Shown piece by piece: positions 43,398 through 53,917 of a DNA stretch of 64,000 nucleotides. The notes beneath the pieces are model-generated. The model was not told the DNA's origin. It searched no databases and saw only the letters and a program-made list of their open reading frames with translations. Source of the stretch: Candidatus Scalinduaceae bacterium (lineage in GTDB: Bacteria > Planctomycetota > Brocadiia > Brocadiales > Scalinduaceae); the NCBI GenBank assembly GCA_046759445.1, contig JBHICG010000004.1, positions 1 to 64,000 of the forward strand, written 5' to 3'. Position 1 is the stretch's first letter. Each line of letters starts with the position of its first letter. The translations under genes were made by a program, and so were the position numbers.

Positions 43398-44237
43398 TTA
43401 AAACCTGTTTCCTTCCCACCAACCTGTAAAGACTAACTCTGCGGGGCCCGTCATATAAGTTTTATTGTTAACAGACCATTCAACAATCAAGTCGCCACCT
43501 GGTAGATGGGCGGTTATGGTTCTTTCGGTTAGATTATTTAGAACGCCTGCAACACAAGCAGCCACGGCTCCTGTTCCACAAGCCAATGTCTCACCAGAAC
43601 CCCTTTCCCAAGTCCTCATTCTAATTTCATCGGACGCAATAATTTGGACAAAATGGACATTTATTCTTTCTGGAAATACACTGTGATTTTCAATTGTCCT
43701 GCCTATGGTTGGAAGTTGTATAGAGTCAACGTCGTCAACGAAAGAGATACAGTGAGGGTTGCCTAACGAAACACACGTAATATTTAGTAACATAACATCT
43801 GTTTTTAGCGGTTCGTTAATCACTCGGGTGTTTTTGCCTAACATAGGTATTTCATTTCTTAGCAGCTTTGGTATGCCCATCTCTACCCTTACTTTTGAAA
43901 CCTTATCATTTAGTATAATTAACTCTGCCGTCTTTATTCCAGAAAGCGTTTCAATTGTAATCTTATCATTTTTTTTTAAGCCACTGTCGTACGTGTATTT
44001 AGCAACACACCTTATTCCATTACCACACATTTGCGCTTCGCTTCCATCAGCATTAAAAATACGCATCTTGACATCAGCAACTTGTGAAGGCATTATAAGT
44101 ATTAAACCATCACCGCCAACACCGAAGTTCCTGTTGCTCATTATAACTGCCAGTTTGGATGGATTTTCCACTTTTTCTTGAAAACAATTGATATAAATAT
44201 AGTCATTACCAATACCCTGCATTTTTGTAAATTTCAA
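43398..44237 (-). CDS. dapF: Diaminopimelate epimerase
   Basis: KMQGIGNDY, NADGSEAQMCGNG, GNPH, ERGSGETLACGTG. Confidence 0.96.
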   Translation of the reverse strand: MKFTKMQGIGNDYIYINCFQEKVENPSKLAVIMSNRNFGVGGDGLILIMPSQVADVKMRIFNADGSEAQMCGNGIRCVAKYTYDSGLKKNDKITIETLSGIKTAELIILNDKVSKVRVEMGIPKLLRNEIPMLGKNTRVINEPLKTDVMLLNITCVSLGNPHCISFVDDVDSIQLPTIGRTIENHSVFPERINVHFVQIIASDEIRMRTWERGSGETLACGTGAVAACVAGVLNNLTERTITAHLPGGDLIVEWSVNNKTYMTGPAELVFTGWWEGNRF

Positions 44238-44356
44238 CGTTATATATCCTAAAATAAAGGAAGATAGTATTTTAAATTTTATGTTAGTGGCAAGTTCTTT
44301 ATATTGCTTTTGTAAGGTTTTGGTATAGTGAAGATCAGGGGGTGTTTGGCAAAAGG

Positions 44357-45577
44357 TTATTGTTCTTTATCAAGTTCAAATGCTCTGTGTATTGCAATAA
44401 GAGCGCGTTCGGCCTGATTTTCGTCTATGACGCAAGATATTTTAATCTCGGAGGTACTTATCATTTGTATGTTGATCTTTTCATCAGAGAGAGTGTTGAA
44501 CATTTTTTCGGCTATGCCGCAATGAGACCTCATACCTATGCCCACGACTGAAAGCTTTGCTATTTTGTCATTAGCAATTACTTCCTTGACTTTAATTTCT
44601 TTCTTAATTCGCTCGGTGGTTTTAAGGGCAAGCGGTAAATCATCTTTTAAAACTGTAAAAGTTACATCTGCCAAACCACGAGCGCTAATATTCTGGATTA
44701 TCATATCTACGTTTATGTTCTCTTTAGCAAGTTCTCGAAATATCTTCGCTGCTTGCCCAGGTTTATCTGGCACACCGATAATAGTAATTTTTGCTTCATT
44801 TTTTGTAACAGTTGCACCGCTCACAACAATATTTTCCATTTTACTTACCTCTTTGCATATAAGTGTTCCCGTGCCTTCATTAAAGCTAGGTCTTACACGG
44901 ATAGGAATATCATATTTCTTGGCGAATTCAATTGATCTTACATGAATAATCTGTGCACCCACACTTGCCAGTTCTAGAATTTCATCATAGGATATTTCAG
45001 TAAGTTTTCGTGCATCAGGAACTATACGTGGATCTGCCGTATATATTCCATCAACGTCAGTAAATATTTCGCATTTATCTGCTTTAAGCAAGGCTGCTAG
45101 AGCGACTGCGCTGGTGTCAGAACCTCCACGTCCCAGTGTGGTTATATTATCGTTTTTGTCTACCCCTTGATATCCGGCCACTACAATTATTCTATTTTTT
45201 GACAGCTCTTCAACTATGCGGTTGGCATTTATATTAACTATTCTTGCCTTTGTATGGAAACTATCCGTAGTAATTCCTACTTGTCTACCTGTAAAAGATA
45301 CTGCAGGATAGCCAAAGGAATGGATTGCCATTGCCATGAGTGCGCCTGACATCTGCTCTCCTGTTGAAAGCAACATATCTAATTCGCGTTTTGAGGGATT
45401 TTCATTTATTTCGTAAGCCAGCTCTAATAATTCGTCTGTCATTCGCCCTCTGGCAGAGACAACAACTATAACTTTGTTGCCCTCTAAATATGTTTTTATA
45501 ACACGCTTTGCCGCGCTTTTTAAGCGTATTGCATCGGCTACGGATGTGCCGCCAAATTTTTGAACAATTAGTTGCAC
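44357..45577 (-). CDS. lysC: Aspartate kinase with two ACT domains
   Basis: VQKFGGTSV, TTLGRGGSDTSA, TDVDG, MISTSEIKIS. Confidence 0.95.
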   Translation of the reverse strand: MQLIVQKFGGTSVADAIRLKSAAKRVIKTYLEGNKVIVVVSARGRMTDELLELAYEINENPSKRELDMLLSTGEQMSGALMAMAIHSFGYPAVSFTGRQVGITTDSFHTKARIVNINANRIVEELSKNRIIVVAGYQGVDKNDNITTLGRGGSDTSAVALAALLKADKCEIFTDVDGIYTADPRIVPDARKLTEISYDEILELASVGAQIIHVRSIEFAKKYDIPIRVRPSFNEGTGTLICKEVSKMENIVVSGATVTKNEAKITIIGVPDKPGQAAKIFRELAKENINVDMIIQNISARGLADVTFTVLKDDLPLALKTTERIKKEIKVKEVIANDKIAKLSVVGIGMRSHCGIAEKMFNTLSDEKINIQMISTSEIKISCVIDENQAERALIAIHRAFELDKEQ

Positions 45578-45606
45578 AGTGTTTTTCGGGAAATTGATTT
45601 TAAAAT

Positions 45607-46185
45607 CTATTCCAGGTTTGCATGTCTCTTCATCATCTCAACGTCTTCTTTGTTGAGTAAACGCACAAGTGTTAATATCACAGCATCAAGGTACACAAGG
45701 CAGGCTTGTTCGAATAGCGTACTGCGAAATTGTGCGGAACGCTGAGATTGCAAAACCTGGCCAACTTCCCTTGCAGGTATCTCGATAGTTAAGGTTGCAT
45801 AATTGGACAACCCAGAGTCTGGATGTGCAGTAATTACTACAATGAATGCGTTTAGTTTTTGTGCTAATCCTGCAATATGACAGGTCATAGATGTTGTTCC
45901 TGAGCTACTACAGGCAATGAGCAAATCATCTTTATCAATGTTTGGTGTTGTGGTATCGCCGACTACATAGCATGTAAATCCTATATGAGTCAGACGCATT
46001 GCGAAGGTCCTAGCAACTAGACCAGAACGGCCTTGACCAGTTACAAAGATATTCCTTGTCGACATTATTGCTTCAATAAACCCTCTAAATTCATCTTCTT
46101 TTATACCATCTAGAACATCGCTTATTTCACTTATTATCGTTTTGGTGATAGATTTAATGCATAAATTGTTTTTCATTAGTTTCAT
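45607..46185 (-). CDS. hxlB: 6-phospho-3-hexuloisomerase (SIS domain)
   Basis: IFVTGQGRSGLVARTFAMRL, VVGDTTTP, TLFEQ, C-terminal RHANLE. Confidence 0.9.
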   Translation of the reverse strand: MKLMKNNLCIKSITKTIISEISDVLDGIKEDEFRGFIEAIMSTRNIFVTGQGRSGLVARTFAMRLTHIGFTCYVVGDTTTPNIDKDDLLIACSSSGTTSMTCHIAGLAQKLNAFIVVITAHPDSGLSNYATLTIEIPAREVGQVLQSQRSAQFRSTLFEQACLVYLDAVILTLVRLLNKEDVEMMKRHANLE

Positions 46186-46391
46186 GGTTTTATGTATTAT
46201 ATGCCGAATTAGGGCAATAAAATTCTATCAACTATGTATTATAATTTCAAGGGATATGTAATAAAACGCTTTATAGATATCTTTTATTGTGTAATTTTGA
46301 ATGTTCATAGTAAAATTTTATTGCTATAGGGGCTATTTGTTGTTAATATCGCAATGTTTTAATTAACTAATCGGGATATTGTATTATTTAC

Positions 46392-46637
46392 ATGTCAATG
46401 GAAATTGGTGGGTTGATCAGGCAAATTATAGGGCTCTATGAAATAGTAATAATCGTGAGAATCGTTTTGTCATGGGTCCCACATAATGTACATCATCCGG
46501 CAGCAGTGTTCCTTTATAAAATAACTGAGCCGGTTTTAGCGCCGGTTAGACGAGTAATTCCATCCATAGGAGGAATAGATGTTTCACCAATTGTTGTATT
46601 CATAGGCCTTCATGTTATGGGCAACATTTTTTCTTAA
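46392..46637 (+). CDS. YggT family membrane protein
   Basis: RIVLSWV..LYKITEPVLAPVRRVIP..GGIDVSPIV. Confidence 0.9.
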   Translation: MSMEIGGLIRQIIGLYEIVIIVRIVLSWVPHNVHHPAAVFLYKITEPVLAPVRRVIPSIGGIDVSPIVVFIGLHVMGNIFS

Positions 46638-46738
46638 GCGGTATAATTAAAATATAATCTTTCTCATACCGGCAGTACTTTTCCACACTACATACCAATT
46701 TTTATACAACCTATAGTTTATCCAAAGCTAGCTGAGTT

Positions 46739-47419
46739 TTGCACATGAATTTGTATCGTCATAGAATCTCACGCAAAGAGTTCGCAAGGTTCATTGATCA
46801 CACATGTCTCAAGCCAGAGATTGTTAATCGTGACGTGGAGATGGCGTGCGAAGAAGCCATTAAGTTTAATTTTGCAGCAGTTTGCATACCGCCGTTTTAC
46901 ACCTCATTGGCATCTTACATTTTGAAACGTTCCGGAGTAAGGGTATGTACGGTAATAGGATTCCCTTTTGGTTATAATTTTCAAGAAGCTAAATCTTTTG
47001 AGGCAGTCAGAGCGGTAGAAATGGGAGCAGATGAAATGGACATGGTTATCAATATTACCGCTTTGAAATCAAAAGATTATGTGTCTGTTTGCAAGGATAT
47101 TGAGGGTGTTGTTAATGCCGCAAAAGGTATAAAAGTAAAAGTAATTGTGGAAACATGTTATCTTAGCAAGGAAGAAAAGATAAAGGCATGCGAGTGTGCG
47201 GTAAAATCCGGTGCAGCATTTGTTAAGACATCAACGGGATTTGGAACGAGTGGAGCTACAATTGAAGACGTACGTTTAATGTGTGCAACCGTTCCTGCAG
47301 ATGTTGGCGTAAAGGCTGCAGGGGGAATCAGAGATTTAGAAACAGCTTTAGCAATGATTGAAGCTGGTGCTAAAAGGATAGGCACGAGTGTGAGCGTTCA
47401 ATTAATTTCTGAGATTTAG
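46739..47419 (+). CDS. deoC: Deoxyribose-phosphate aldolase
   Basis: IDHTCLKP, VIGFPFG, ADEMDMV, KVIVET, FVKTSTGF, KAAGGIR. Confidence 0.95.
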   Translation: MHMNLYRHRISRKEFARFIDHTCLKPEIVNRDVEMACEEAIKFNFAAVCIPPFYTSLASYILKRSGVRVCTVIGFPFGYNFQEAKSFEAVRAVEMGADEMDMVINITALKSKDYVSVCKDIEGVVNAAKGIKVKVIVETCYLSKEEKIKACECAVKSGAAFVKTSTGFGTSGATIEDVRLMCATVPADVGVKAAGGIRDLETALAMIEAGAKRIGTSVSVQLISEI

Positions 47420-47446
47420 GAAAGGGAAAAGGTATTAACCAGGCAG

Positions 47447-48628
47447 ATGATAAGCAGAATCATCATTATTGTCCTTGATAGTGTCGGAATTGGCGAGATG
47501 CCTGATGCTTTTAAATTCGGTGATGAAGGTAGCAATACATTGGTAAATACTGCAAAGGCGGTTAGGGGGCTAAACATACCTAATCTTGAAGACTTTGGCA
47601 TAGGGAAGATTGAAGCCATTTGTGGTGTTTCTAGAGACGTAGAAGGGAAGGCTTTTTATGGCAAGATGTCAGAAGCCTCAGCAGCCAAAGATACGACCTC
47701 CGGGCATTGGGAAATTGCAGGCGTAATCACCAGGAAACCATTTCCTACATATCCAAAAGGATTTCCGGAAGATGTTATTAAAAGATTTACGGATACTATT
47801 GGAAGGCCGATATTGGGCAATAAACCTGCGTCGGGAACCGAAATAATAAATGAGCTTGGCGCAGAACACATTAAAACAGGAAGTCCGATTGTGTATACGT
47901 CTGCAGACAGCGTATTTCAGATTGCTGCATGTGAGGATATTATATCTGTTGAATCACTATATGAGATGTGTGCGCAGGCTAGAAGTATATTAAAGGGTGA
48001 ACATAATGTCGGCCGCGTAATTGCTAGGCCATTCATAATAGAAAATGACAAATATATTCGAACGGAAAGAAGGAAAGACTTCTCTTTAACTCCACCCGAG
48101 GAAACTCTGTTAGACAAAGCGGTAAAGAAAGGGTATGCAGTCATAGGTGTTGGTAAGATTGGTGATATTTTTGCGCATAGGGGGCTAACAAAGGAAATAC
48201 ATACTTCCGACAACCATGATGGTATTTCAAAGACGATAAAATGTATTAAGGAGGATTTCAAAGGAATTATTTTTACGAACTTAATTGACTTTGATATGAA
48301 GTACGGACATAGAAACAACCCAAAAGGTTATGCAGAAGCATTGGAGTCATTTGATGATAGACTACCGGAAATTGTAGATGCATTAAGAAAAGAGGATGTT
48401 ATCATTCTTACAGCCGATCATGGCTGTGACCCAACTACACCCAGCACAGATCATTCACGGGAATATGTGCCACTTTTGGTTTATGGGAAAACATTGGGGA
48501 GGCCTAAATCACTTGGTGTTCGCAAATCGTTTGCGGATGTAGGTGCAACTGTAGCTGAAATCTTACAAATATTAGAATTTGATAAGGGAGAAAGTTTTCT
48601 AAAGGAATTGATAAATAATCAGGCCTGA
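47447..48628 (+). CDS. deoB: Phosphopentomutase
   Basis: [55 protein letters not shown]. Confidence 0.96.
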   Translation: MISRIIIIVLDSVGIGEMPDAFKFGDEGSNTLVNTAKAVRGLNIPNLEDFGIGKIEAICGVSRDVEGKAFYGKMSEASAAKDTTSGHWEIAGVITRKPFPTYPKGFPEDVIKRFTDTIGRPILGNKPASGTEIINELGAEHIKTGSPIVYTSADSVFQIAACEDIISVESLYEMCAQARSILKGEHNVGRVIARPFIIENDKYIRTERRKDFSLTPPEETLLDKAVKKGYAVIGVGKIGDIFAHRGLTKEIHTSDNHDGISKTIKCIKEDFKGIIFTNLIDFDMKYGHRNNPKGYAEALESFDDRLPEIVDALRKEDVIILTADHGCDPTTPSTDHSREYVPLLVYGKTLGRPKSLGVRKSFADVGATVAEILQILEFDKGESFLKELINNQA

Positions 48629-48946
48629 TTTAGTTTATGGGGTTATTCCTATTATACATATTAGTAATAGCAGTAGTTTCGATGAATTCACACCTTTAAT
48701 AATGATATTTGTTTTTCAGGGTCCAGTACGTTTGCATTGTACGGCTATTTGTGCGTTCAATGTAACTGTTCTGTAATCGAATTTTACTAAACCCATTTTT
48801 TTTCTGCCTTTAATCATCGTTGTTCTTCATGTAATAAAGAAATATGTTTGTAAACAATTAGTATAAAAGTGGTGTTTACTTTTGTTATAAAAATGATACT
48901 ATATGTATTTTGTGAATAAATATTTGTTGCCCAAGGAAAATTAAAG

Positions 48947-49825
48947 ATGTTTCGACTAATAGATATCCTGCACCTTCTCCGCCCGCAAGAGTGGATTAAA
49001 AATACATTTGTTTTTGCCGCCCTAATTTTCTCCCAGCAGCTATTAAACGTAATGGATGTTCTGAAAGTGATTGGTGCGTTTGTGCTGTTCTGCATGGTAT
49101 CAGGGGTAATTTACATTATAAATGATATCTTTGATCTGGAACATGATAGAGTACATCCGATAAAAAAGGATAGACCTCTTGCTTCGGGACGGATAAATAT
49201 TTCCCTGGCCTGGCTCTTGGCCGTGATTCTGGTAGTGATATCTATGACCTTTTCATTTGCTCTTCAACCAAACTTCATGTTTGTTCTGGTGTTATATTTT
49301 CTGATTAATTTTGCTTATTCTCTTTATCTCAAAGGGATCGTTATTGTGGATGTTATGACTCTGGCTTTTGGTTTTGTTTTAAGGGCTATTGCTGGAGGCG
49401 TGGTGATACAGGTGCCGGTATCTTCATGGTTAATTGTCTGTACTGCTCTAATATCCCTGTTTTTAGGTTTTGGGAAAAGACGACATGAGCTTATTTTACT
49501 AGATGAGGAAGCCGGCAATCATAGAAGTATTTTAAGGGAATACAGTCCCTATTTTTTAGACCAGATGATATCCGTAGTTACGGCTTCGTCGGTTATTGCT
49601 TATACCTTCTATACCATGTCCGAAGAGGTACAGGAAAAACTTCATACTCATTATCTTGGGCTTACGATCCCATTTGTTCTATACGGAATCTTTCGGTATC
49701 TTTACCTGGTACATCAAAAACAAGGTGGCGGGAATCCTGCTCAGGAACTTCTCGCAGACAGGCCCCTTCTTATCAATGGGACACTTTGGGTTCTTGCCGT
49801 AATAGTAATTCTTTATGATTGGTAA
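48947..49825 (+). CDS. UbiA-family polyprenyl-phosphate phosphoribosyltransferase (DPPR synthase-like)
   Basis: LRPQEWIKN..F, YIINDIFDLEHDRVHPIKKDRPLASG, AYS..LK....DV, GF.LR..AG, FGKRRHE, FRYL. Confidence 0.88.
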   Translation: MFRLIDILHLLRPQEWIKNTFVFAALIFSQQLLNVMDVLKVIGAFVLFCMVSGVIYIINDIFDLEHDRVHPIKKDRPLASGRINISLAWLLAVILVVISMTFSFALQPNFMFVLVLYFLINFAYSLYLKGIVIVDVMTLAFGFVLRAIAGGVVIQVPVSSWLIVCTALISLFLGFGKRRHELILLDEEAGNHRSILREYSPYFLDQMISVVTASSVIAYTFYTMSEEVQEKLHTHYLGLTIPFVLYGIFRYLYLVHQKQGGGNPAQELLADRPLLINGTLWVLAVIVILYDW

Positions 49826-50915
49826 AAATATGACACGATCGATCGTTGTTGTTAAAAGAACAAAACCTGATACTGTTCTTTCTGATTTCGAGGAAATTAT
49901 TCAGGCATCTGGTCTACTGGAGGCTTTAGACTCCTCCCGTGTTACAATTTTGAAGGACAATATTACATGGCATTTCCCTTTCTTAAGCGCTAATACTACT
50001 CCCTGGCAGTTGGAGGGGACCATTTTGGCTCTAAAAAATGCCGGCTTTAACAAACTTGTGGCCGTCCATAATAATACAGTTGTTACAAATCCTTATAAGG
50101 GAGGGATATTAAACAAGCTGACTCCCATCTACAAGAAATATGGCATCGAAGAAAGGTACAACTTCCTGCCTGAAGATATCAAATGGATAACTTATAAACC
50201 GAAGGCAGAGATGCGAGTGCTTAATAATATTTACAAAAAAGGGATTAAAATTCCTGAATTTTTTATTGATAAAAATATTGTTCATCTACCCACCATGAAA
50301 ACCCACATTTACACTCAGATCACAGGAGCTATGAAGAATGCCTTTGGTGGTTTACTTAACACCAGGCGTCACTATACACATAGTGTCATCCACGAGACGT
50401 TAGTTGACCTTTTGGCTATTCAAAAAGAAATTCATGCTGGAATATTTGCGGTGATGGATGGAACGATTTGTGGAAGTGGTCCCGGCCCGAGGACTATGCA
50501 GCCTGTAGAAAAGGATTATATTTTGGCCAGCTCAGACAGCGTAGCCATTGATGCCGTTTCTGCTAAGATGATGGGCTTTAATCCCATGAAGATACCCTTC
50601 ATACGTTTGGCGCATGAAGATGGACTAGGGAAAGGCAACCTGTCACAGATTGAAGTATCAGGAGAGGATATCTCAATGGTTAATTTTGGGTTCCAGGTAG
50701 GGGATAATCTTGCAAGCCTTGTGGGCGATGCCTTCTGGTTCAGTCCTGCCAAAATGTTTCAGAGGCTTCTTTTTCACACTCCATTGGTGTACGCCTTCGT
50801 GCTCGGATCATATATATACCATGATTATGTCTGGTGGCCCTTTAAGGGTAAAAGAAAAATGGCTGAAATCAGTGAAACCAAATGGGGGAAATTATTTGCC
50901 TCATACGATAGTTAA
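49815..50915 (+). CDS. DUF362 domain protein with a single Cys and an aromatic/hydrophobic C-terminus
   Basis: LKDN, LPTMKTH..T.ITGAMKNAFG, MDG...G.GP, DSVAIDA...MMGFNP; overlaps upstream ubiA-like gene. Confidence 0.82.
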   Translation: MIGKNMTRSIVVVKRTKPDTVLSDFEEIIQASGLLEALDSSRVTILKDNITWHFPFLSANTTPWQLEGTILALKNAGFNKLVAVHNNTVVTNPYKGGILNKLTPIYKKYGIEERYNFLPEDIKWITYKPKAEMRVLNNIYKKGIKIPEFFIDKNIVHLPTMKTHIYTQITGAMKNAFGGLLNTRRHYTHSVIHETLVDLLAIQKEIHAGIFAVMDGTICGSGPGPRTMQPVEKDYILASSDSVAIDAVSAKMMGFNPMKIPFIRLAHEDGLGKGNLSQIEVSGEDISMVNFGFQVGDNLASLVGDAFWFSPAKMFQRLLFHTPLVYAFVLGSYIYHDYVWWPFKGKRKMAEISETKWGKLFASYDS

Positions 50916-50972
50916 AATATAAGGGATATTATCATTTCTAAGATTGTATTGGAGTTTTGTATTTAAAAAAAT

Positions 50973-52175
50973 ATGAAGGAGAAGAAAAAAATGAAAAAAG
51001 GACTAATTTTAATATTCGTATTAATTGCATTTTTCACTTTGAGTATCTCAACAATTATTCAAACAGACGAAAGAATGAATCAGGCGTTCGCGGGACAATA
51101 TTATGATGAGCCATTAACAGATGCTCCACCCCTCACTGATTCCGATGACATCTCCGATGCTGCGCCAGAAGATAAACCAATTAAAGATTCCCAGTCTATT
51201 TCAGATTCTGATATTACTTACGACACTACCCCTCTACCACAGATTACTGAGCACAGTGAACAGGCCATCAAGACTTCAGGGGAGTATCTGGGACAGAAAT
51301 GGTTTATCGATGAGAACCATCTTCTGTGGTGGGATGGAGAGCCATATATTCCTTATGGATTGAATGCGGCGCTAACCCCTAAAGATGGAATCAAGGATTT
51401 TGCAATATGGAGCGACCCCGATTTTTTGGGAACTGATTCAGAGCGGTTCGAGTGGCTTGACAGATTAACGGATAAGATTACTGAACAGGGAGGAACCTAT
51501 TTTATGCTCTTCCTCTTAAATCCGGAATTAAGGGATCTTTCTGATTTAAATAAGCCCAGGGTAAAGTCACAAATTGAATTAAAATGGAGAAAATTTGCGC
51601 CGGCGGTAAGAAAAAAAGGTTTGAGAGCAATCACATTTTTTAATGAGATTAATATGCTAAAGGCATCTCGAACTATCAGTTTAAAAGAGTATGGACGGAT
51701 TTTAAATGACTATGCAAAGAGTCTGAAAGAGATAGTAGGAAATGTGCCTGTAATATTAAAGATTGGCGGTGATTGGAATATTGAGCCAATAATGGTAACA
51801 ATTCAGGGTGATTACGTCGATGGTCTTGGAGGGGATTTCTTTGCGAGCGAACCAGATGAGAATTTAAAAAGACAGATGGTCAAACCTACAACTTTACTAA
51901 ATCAATCTAAGAAAACCAAGCTTTTCTGGATTACCGAATTAAGTAGAGCGGCGGGAGGAGATGCCGGTACACTCTGGCTTAAATTTGAAAATAAGAATAA
52001 CATGAGAAGCTTCCTTAAGGCTTTTTTGTTATATGGAGCAACAGGCTTCTTTTACTTTGACATACATCCGACTGCAGATGGATATGCTCAAGTAACTCAG
52101 GAGACGGCGAAATGGTTTCGGGAACTAAAGTCTGAGGTAGTTAAAGAGATTTTATCCTTTAAGAAAGGCGGTTAA
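50973..52175 (+). CDS. Secreted or anchored protein with acidic linker and probable clan GH-A TIM barrel
   Basis: N-terminal signal/TM, D/S/P-rich linker, IDENHLLWWDGEPYIPYG, FFNE (acid/base-like), WITE (nucleophile-like), GFFYF. Confidence 0.55.
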   Translation: MKEKKKMKKGLILIFVLIAFFTLSISTIIQTDERMNQAFAGQYYDEPLTDAPPLTDSDDISDAAPEDKPIKDSQSISDSDITYDTTPLPQITEHSEQAIKTSGEYLGQKWFIDENHLLWWDGEPYIPYGLNAALTPKDGIKDFAIWSDPDFLGTDSERFEWLDRLTDKITEQGGTYFMLFLLNPELRDLSDLNKPRVKSQIELKWRKFAPAVRKKGLRAITFFNEINMLKASRTISLKEYGRILNDYAKSLKEIVGNVPVILKIGGDWNIEPIMVTIQGDYVDGLGGDFFASEPDENLKRQMVKPTTLLNQSKKTKLFWITELSRAAGGDAGTLWLKFENKNNMRSFLKAFLLYGATGFFYFDIHPTADGYAQVTQETAKWFRELKSEVVKEILSFKKGG

Positions 52176-52362
52176 TTTATACAAAGCTGTGAAATTAATA
52201 TGAAGATAAATAACAAGTAGTTAGGTTTTGCTTAAAAGGCCGGCTTTTAGACAATTTCGATAAGTAATGGGAAAAGGCAAATTATTGAAATGGATATTTA
52301 AGGGGATTGTCTTTTCCTCTTACTCATAAACTTGAATTTTCTTTAGCATTGTCCCTTTTGTT

Positions 52363-53799
52363 TTGATTGATGAGATGAATAAATACCTTATTATACTTTC
52401 TAGAGTTAAAAATCCCTTGGATCTTAGATTCAAGAAGGACGAAATTTATGGTTCATCTTTATTCAAGATTGTTGCCATTTTATCCCTTGGATGTATGTTA
52501 GGGTTTGTGACATACAAATTAAAATATATTGCTCCTTTTCTCTTGTTGGGCGTTTTTGGTATAACATTAGCTGGCATCTATTCAGAAATCGGAATCGTTA
52601 TTTTTCTCCTGATAATCAATCTCAGTTTCTTACAAGCTATGAATGTTCCTTATGTTAAATTGTCTTTCATAGGTTTTTTTGCCATGTGGTGGTTATATTT
52701 CCTTGGGAATAGATTGAAAATCACTCGTTCTAATCAGATGACCTTCCTCATGGTATTGTATATTTCGTTGTTTATATTGTCGTTCCTATCTGGTGGCAAC
52801 TTTTTTGGTAAGATTGGTGGTGGGTTGAACTATTATTCTAATATGTTCTTTGCATTCGTGATCATGACCACGATCAGGGCAGAGGAACAGGTAAGGAAAT
52901 TTTTGGATCTGTTAATTCTGTGGGGTGTTTTTCTGGCCGCTATTGGGGTTATTCAATTTGTTACAAAACGTCCCCTTTTCCCAGGAGCTGTTTCAGAAGG
53001 TGGTCTCCCGGTCACGGGGAGTACCATAGGCGATACTGTATTTTATGCCGTTCATATGCAATTTGTCATAATCTTGTGCTTTTACAAGCTATTGTATAAA
53101 TATAATAACAAAGAAAAGATAGTTCCCATTCTTTTCGTCCTTATTTTATTAGTACTGGGTTGGGCCTTTAGTTTTAATAGAGTAACTATGGTTAGTTTTG
53201 TAGTGGCTATCTTTGTTATTGCTCATTTGCATGGTCAAAAAAAGAAAGCGTTATTGTTTTTGTTAATAGCCTTGATATTTATATATATATTTGCTCCCAG
53301 GTTTTTCTCTCAGATGTATAGCATTATTACTTCTATTTTGTATCCTGCAGGCACCCATTGGGAGGGTAGATTAAATCTTACCATGGCTGGCTTGAAAGCA
53401 ATTAAAGATTATCCGTTAGCTTTATTGACAGGATTTGGGCCAGGACAATACGTTAATGTAATCATGCCATATTTAACTCCATGGCAAAAGTTGAATTTAG
53501 GAGGTACAGGTAGCATGTTTCCTGTCTATCTGTTGGTGGAGATTGGGATATTCGGAACGGCTTTATTTTTCTGGTTCATATGGTTAACACTCAAAGATCT
53601 TTTTAATGTACAAAAGTTGTTTGAACAACGCAAGAGACATGATATGTTTTTAATTACTCAGGGTTTATTTGTAGCTTTTATAAGCCTATTGATTACAAGT
53701 TTTACAGGCCCTCCTCACCTCTTTTTTGCCTTCTGGATACCCATTGCAATGGTAGCAGTTTTAAACAACTTGTGTCAGAAAAAGATGGCAAATCAATAG
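52363..53799 (+). CDS. O-antigen ligase/polymerase (Wzy_C)-like membrane protein
   Basis: Many TM segments, IGVIQF, SFNR, GRL......LKAIKDYPL..LTGFGPGQY, LVEIGIFG. Confidence 0.8.
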   Translation: MIDEMNKYLIILSRVKNPLDLRFKKDEIYGSSLFKIVAILSLGCMLGFVTYKLKYIAPFLLLGVFGITLAGIYSEIGIVIFLLIINLSFLQAMNVPYVKLSFIGFFAMWWLYFLGNRLKITRSNQMTFLMVLYISLFILSFLSGGNFFGKIGGGLNYYSNMFFAFVIMTTIRAEEQVRKFLDLLILWGVFLAAIGVIQFVTKRPLFPGAVSEGGLPVTGSTIGDTVFYAVHMQFVIILCFYKLLYKYNNKEKIVPILFVLILLVLGWAFSFNRVTMVSFVVAIFVIAHLHGQKKKALLFLLIALIFIYIFAPRFFSQMYSIITSILYPAGTHWEGRLNLTMAGLKAIKDYPLALLTGFGPGQYVNVIMPYLTPWQKLNLGGTGSMFPVYLLVEIGIFGTALFFWFIWLTLKDLFNVQKLFEQRKRHDMFLITQGLFVAFISLLITSFTGPPHLFFAFWIPIAMVAVLNNLCQKKMANQ

Positions 53800-53917
53800 A
53801 AAGCCCCTTTGGTATTTTATTCTTTCTCTTGTAGCAATATGCAGGAGAACCTTAAGCAGAAAACATGGGGAATTTATTAAGTTCTGCGATTAAGGATAAC
53901 TTCAAGATAATAAAAAA

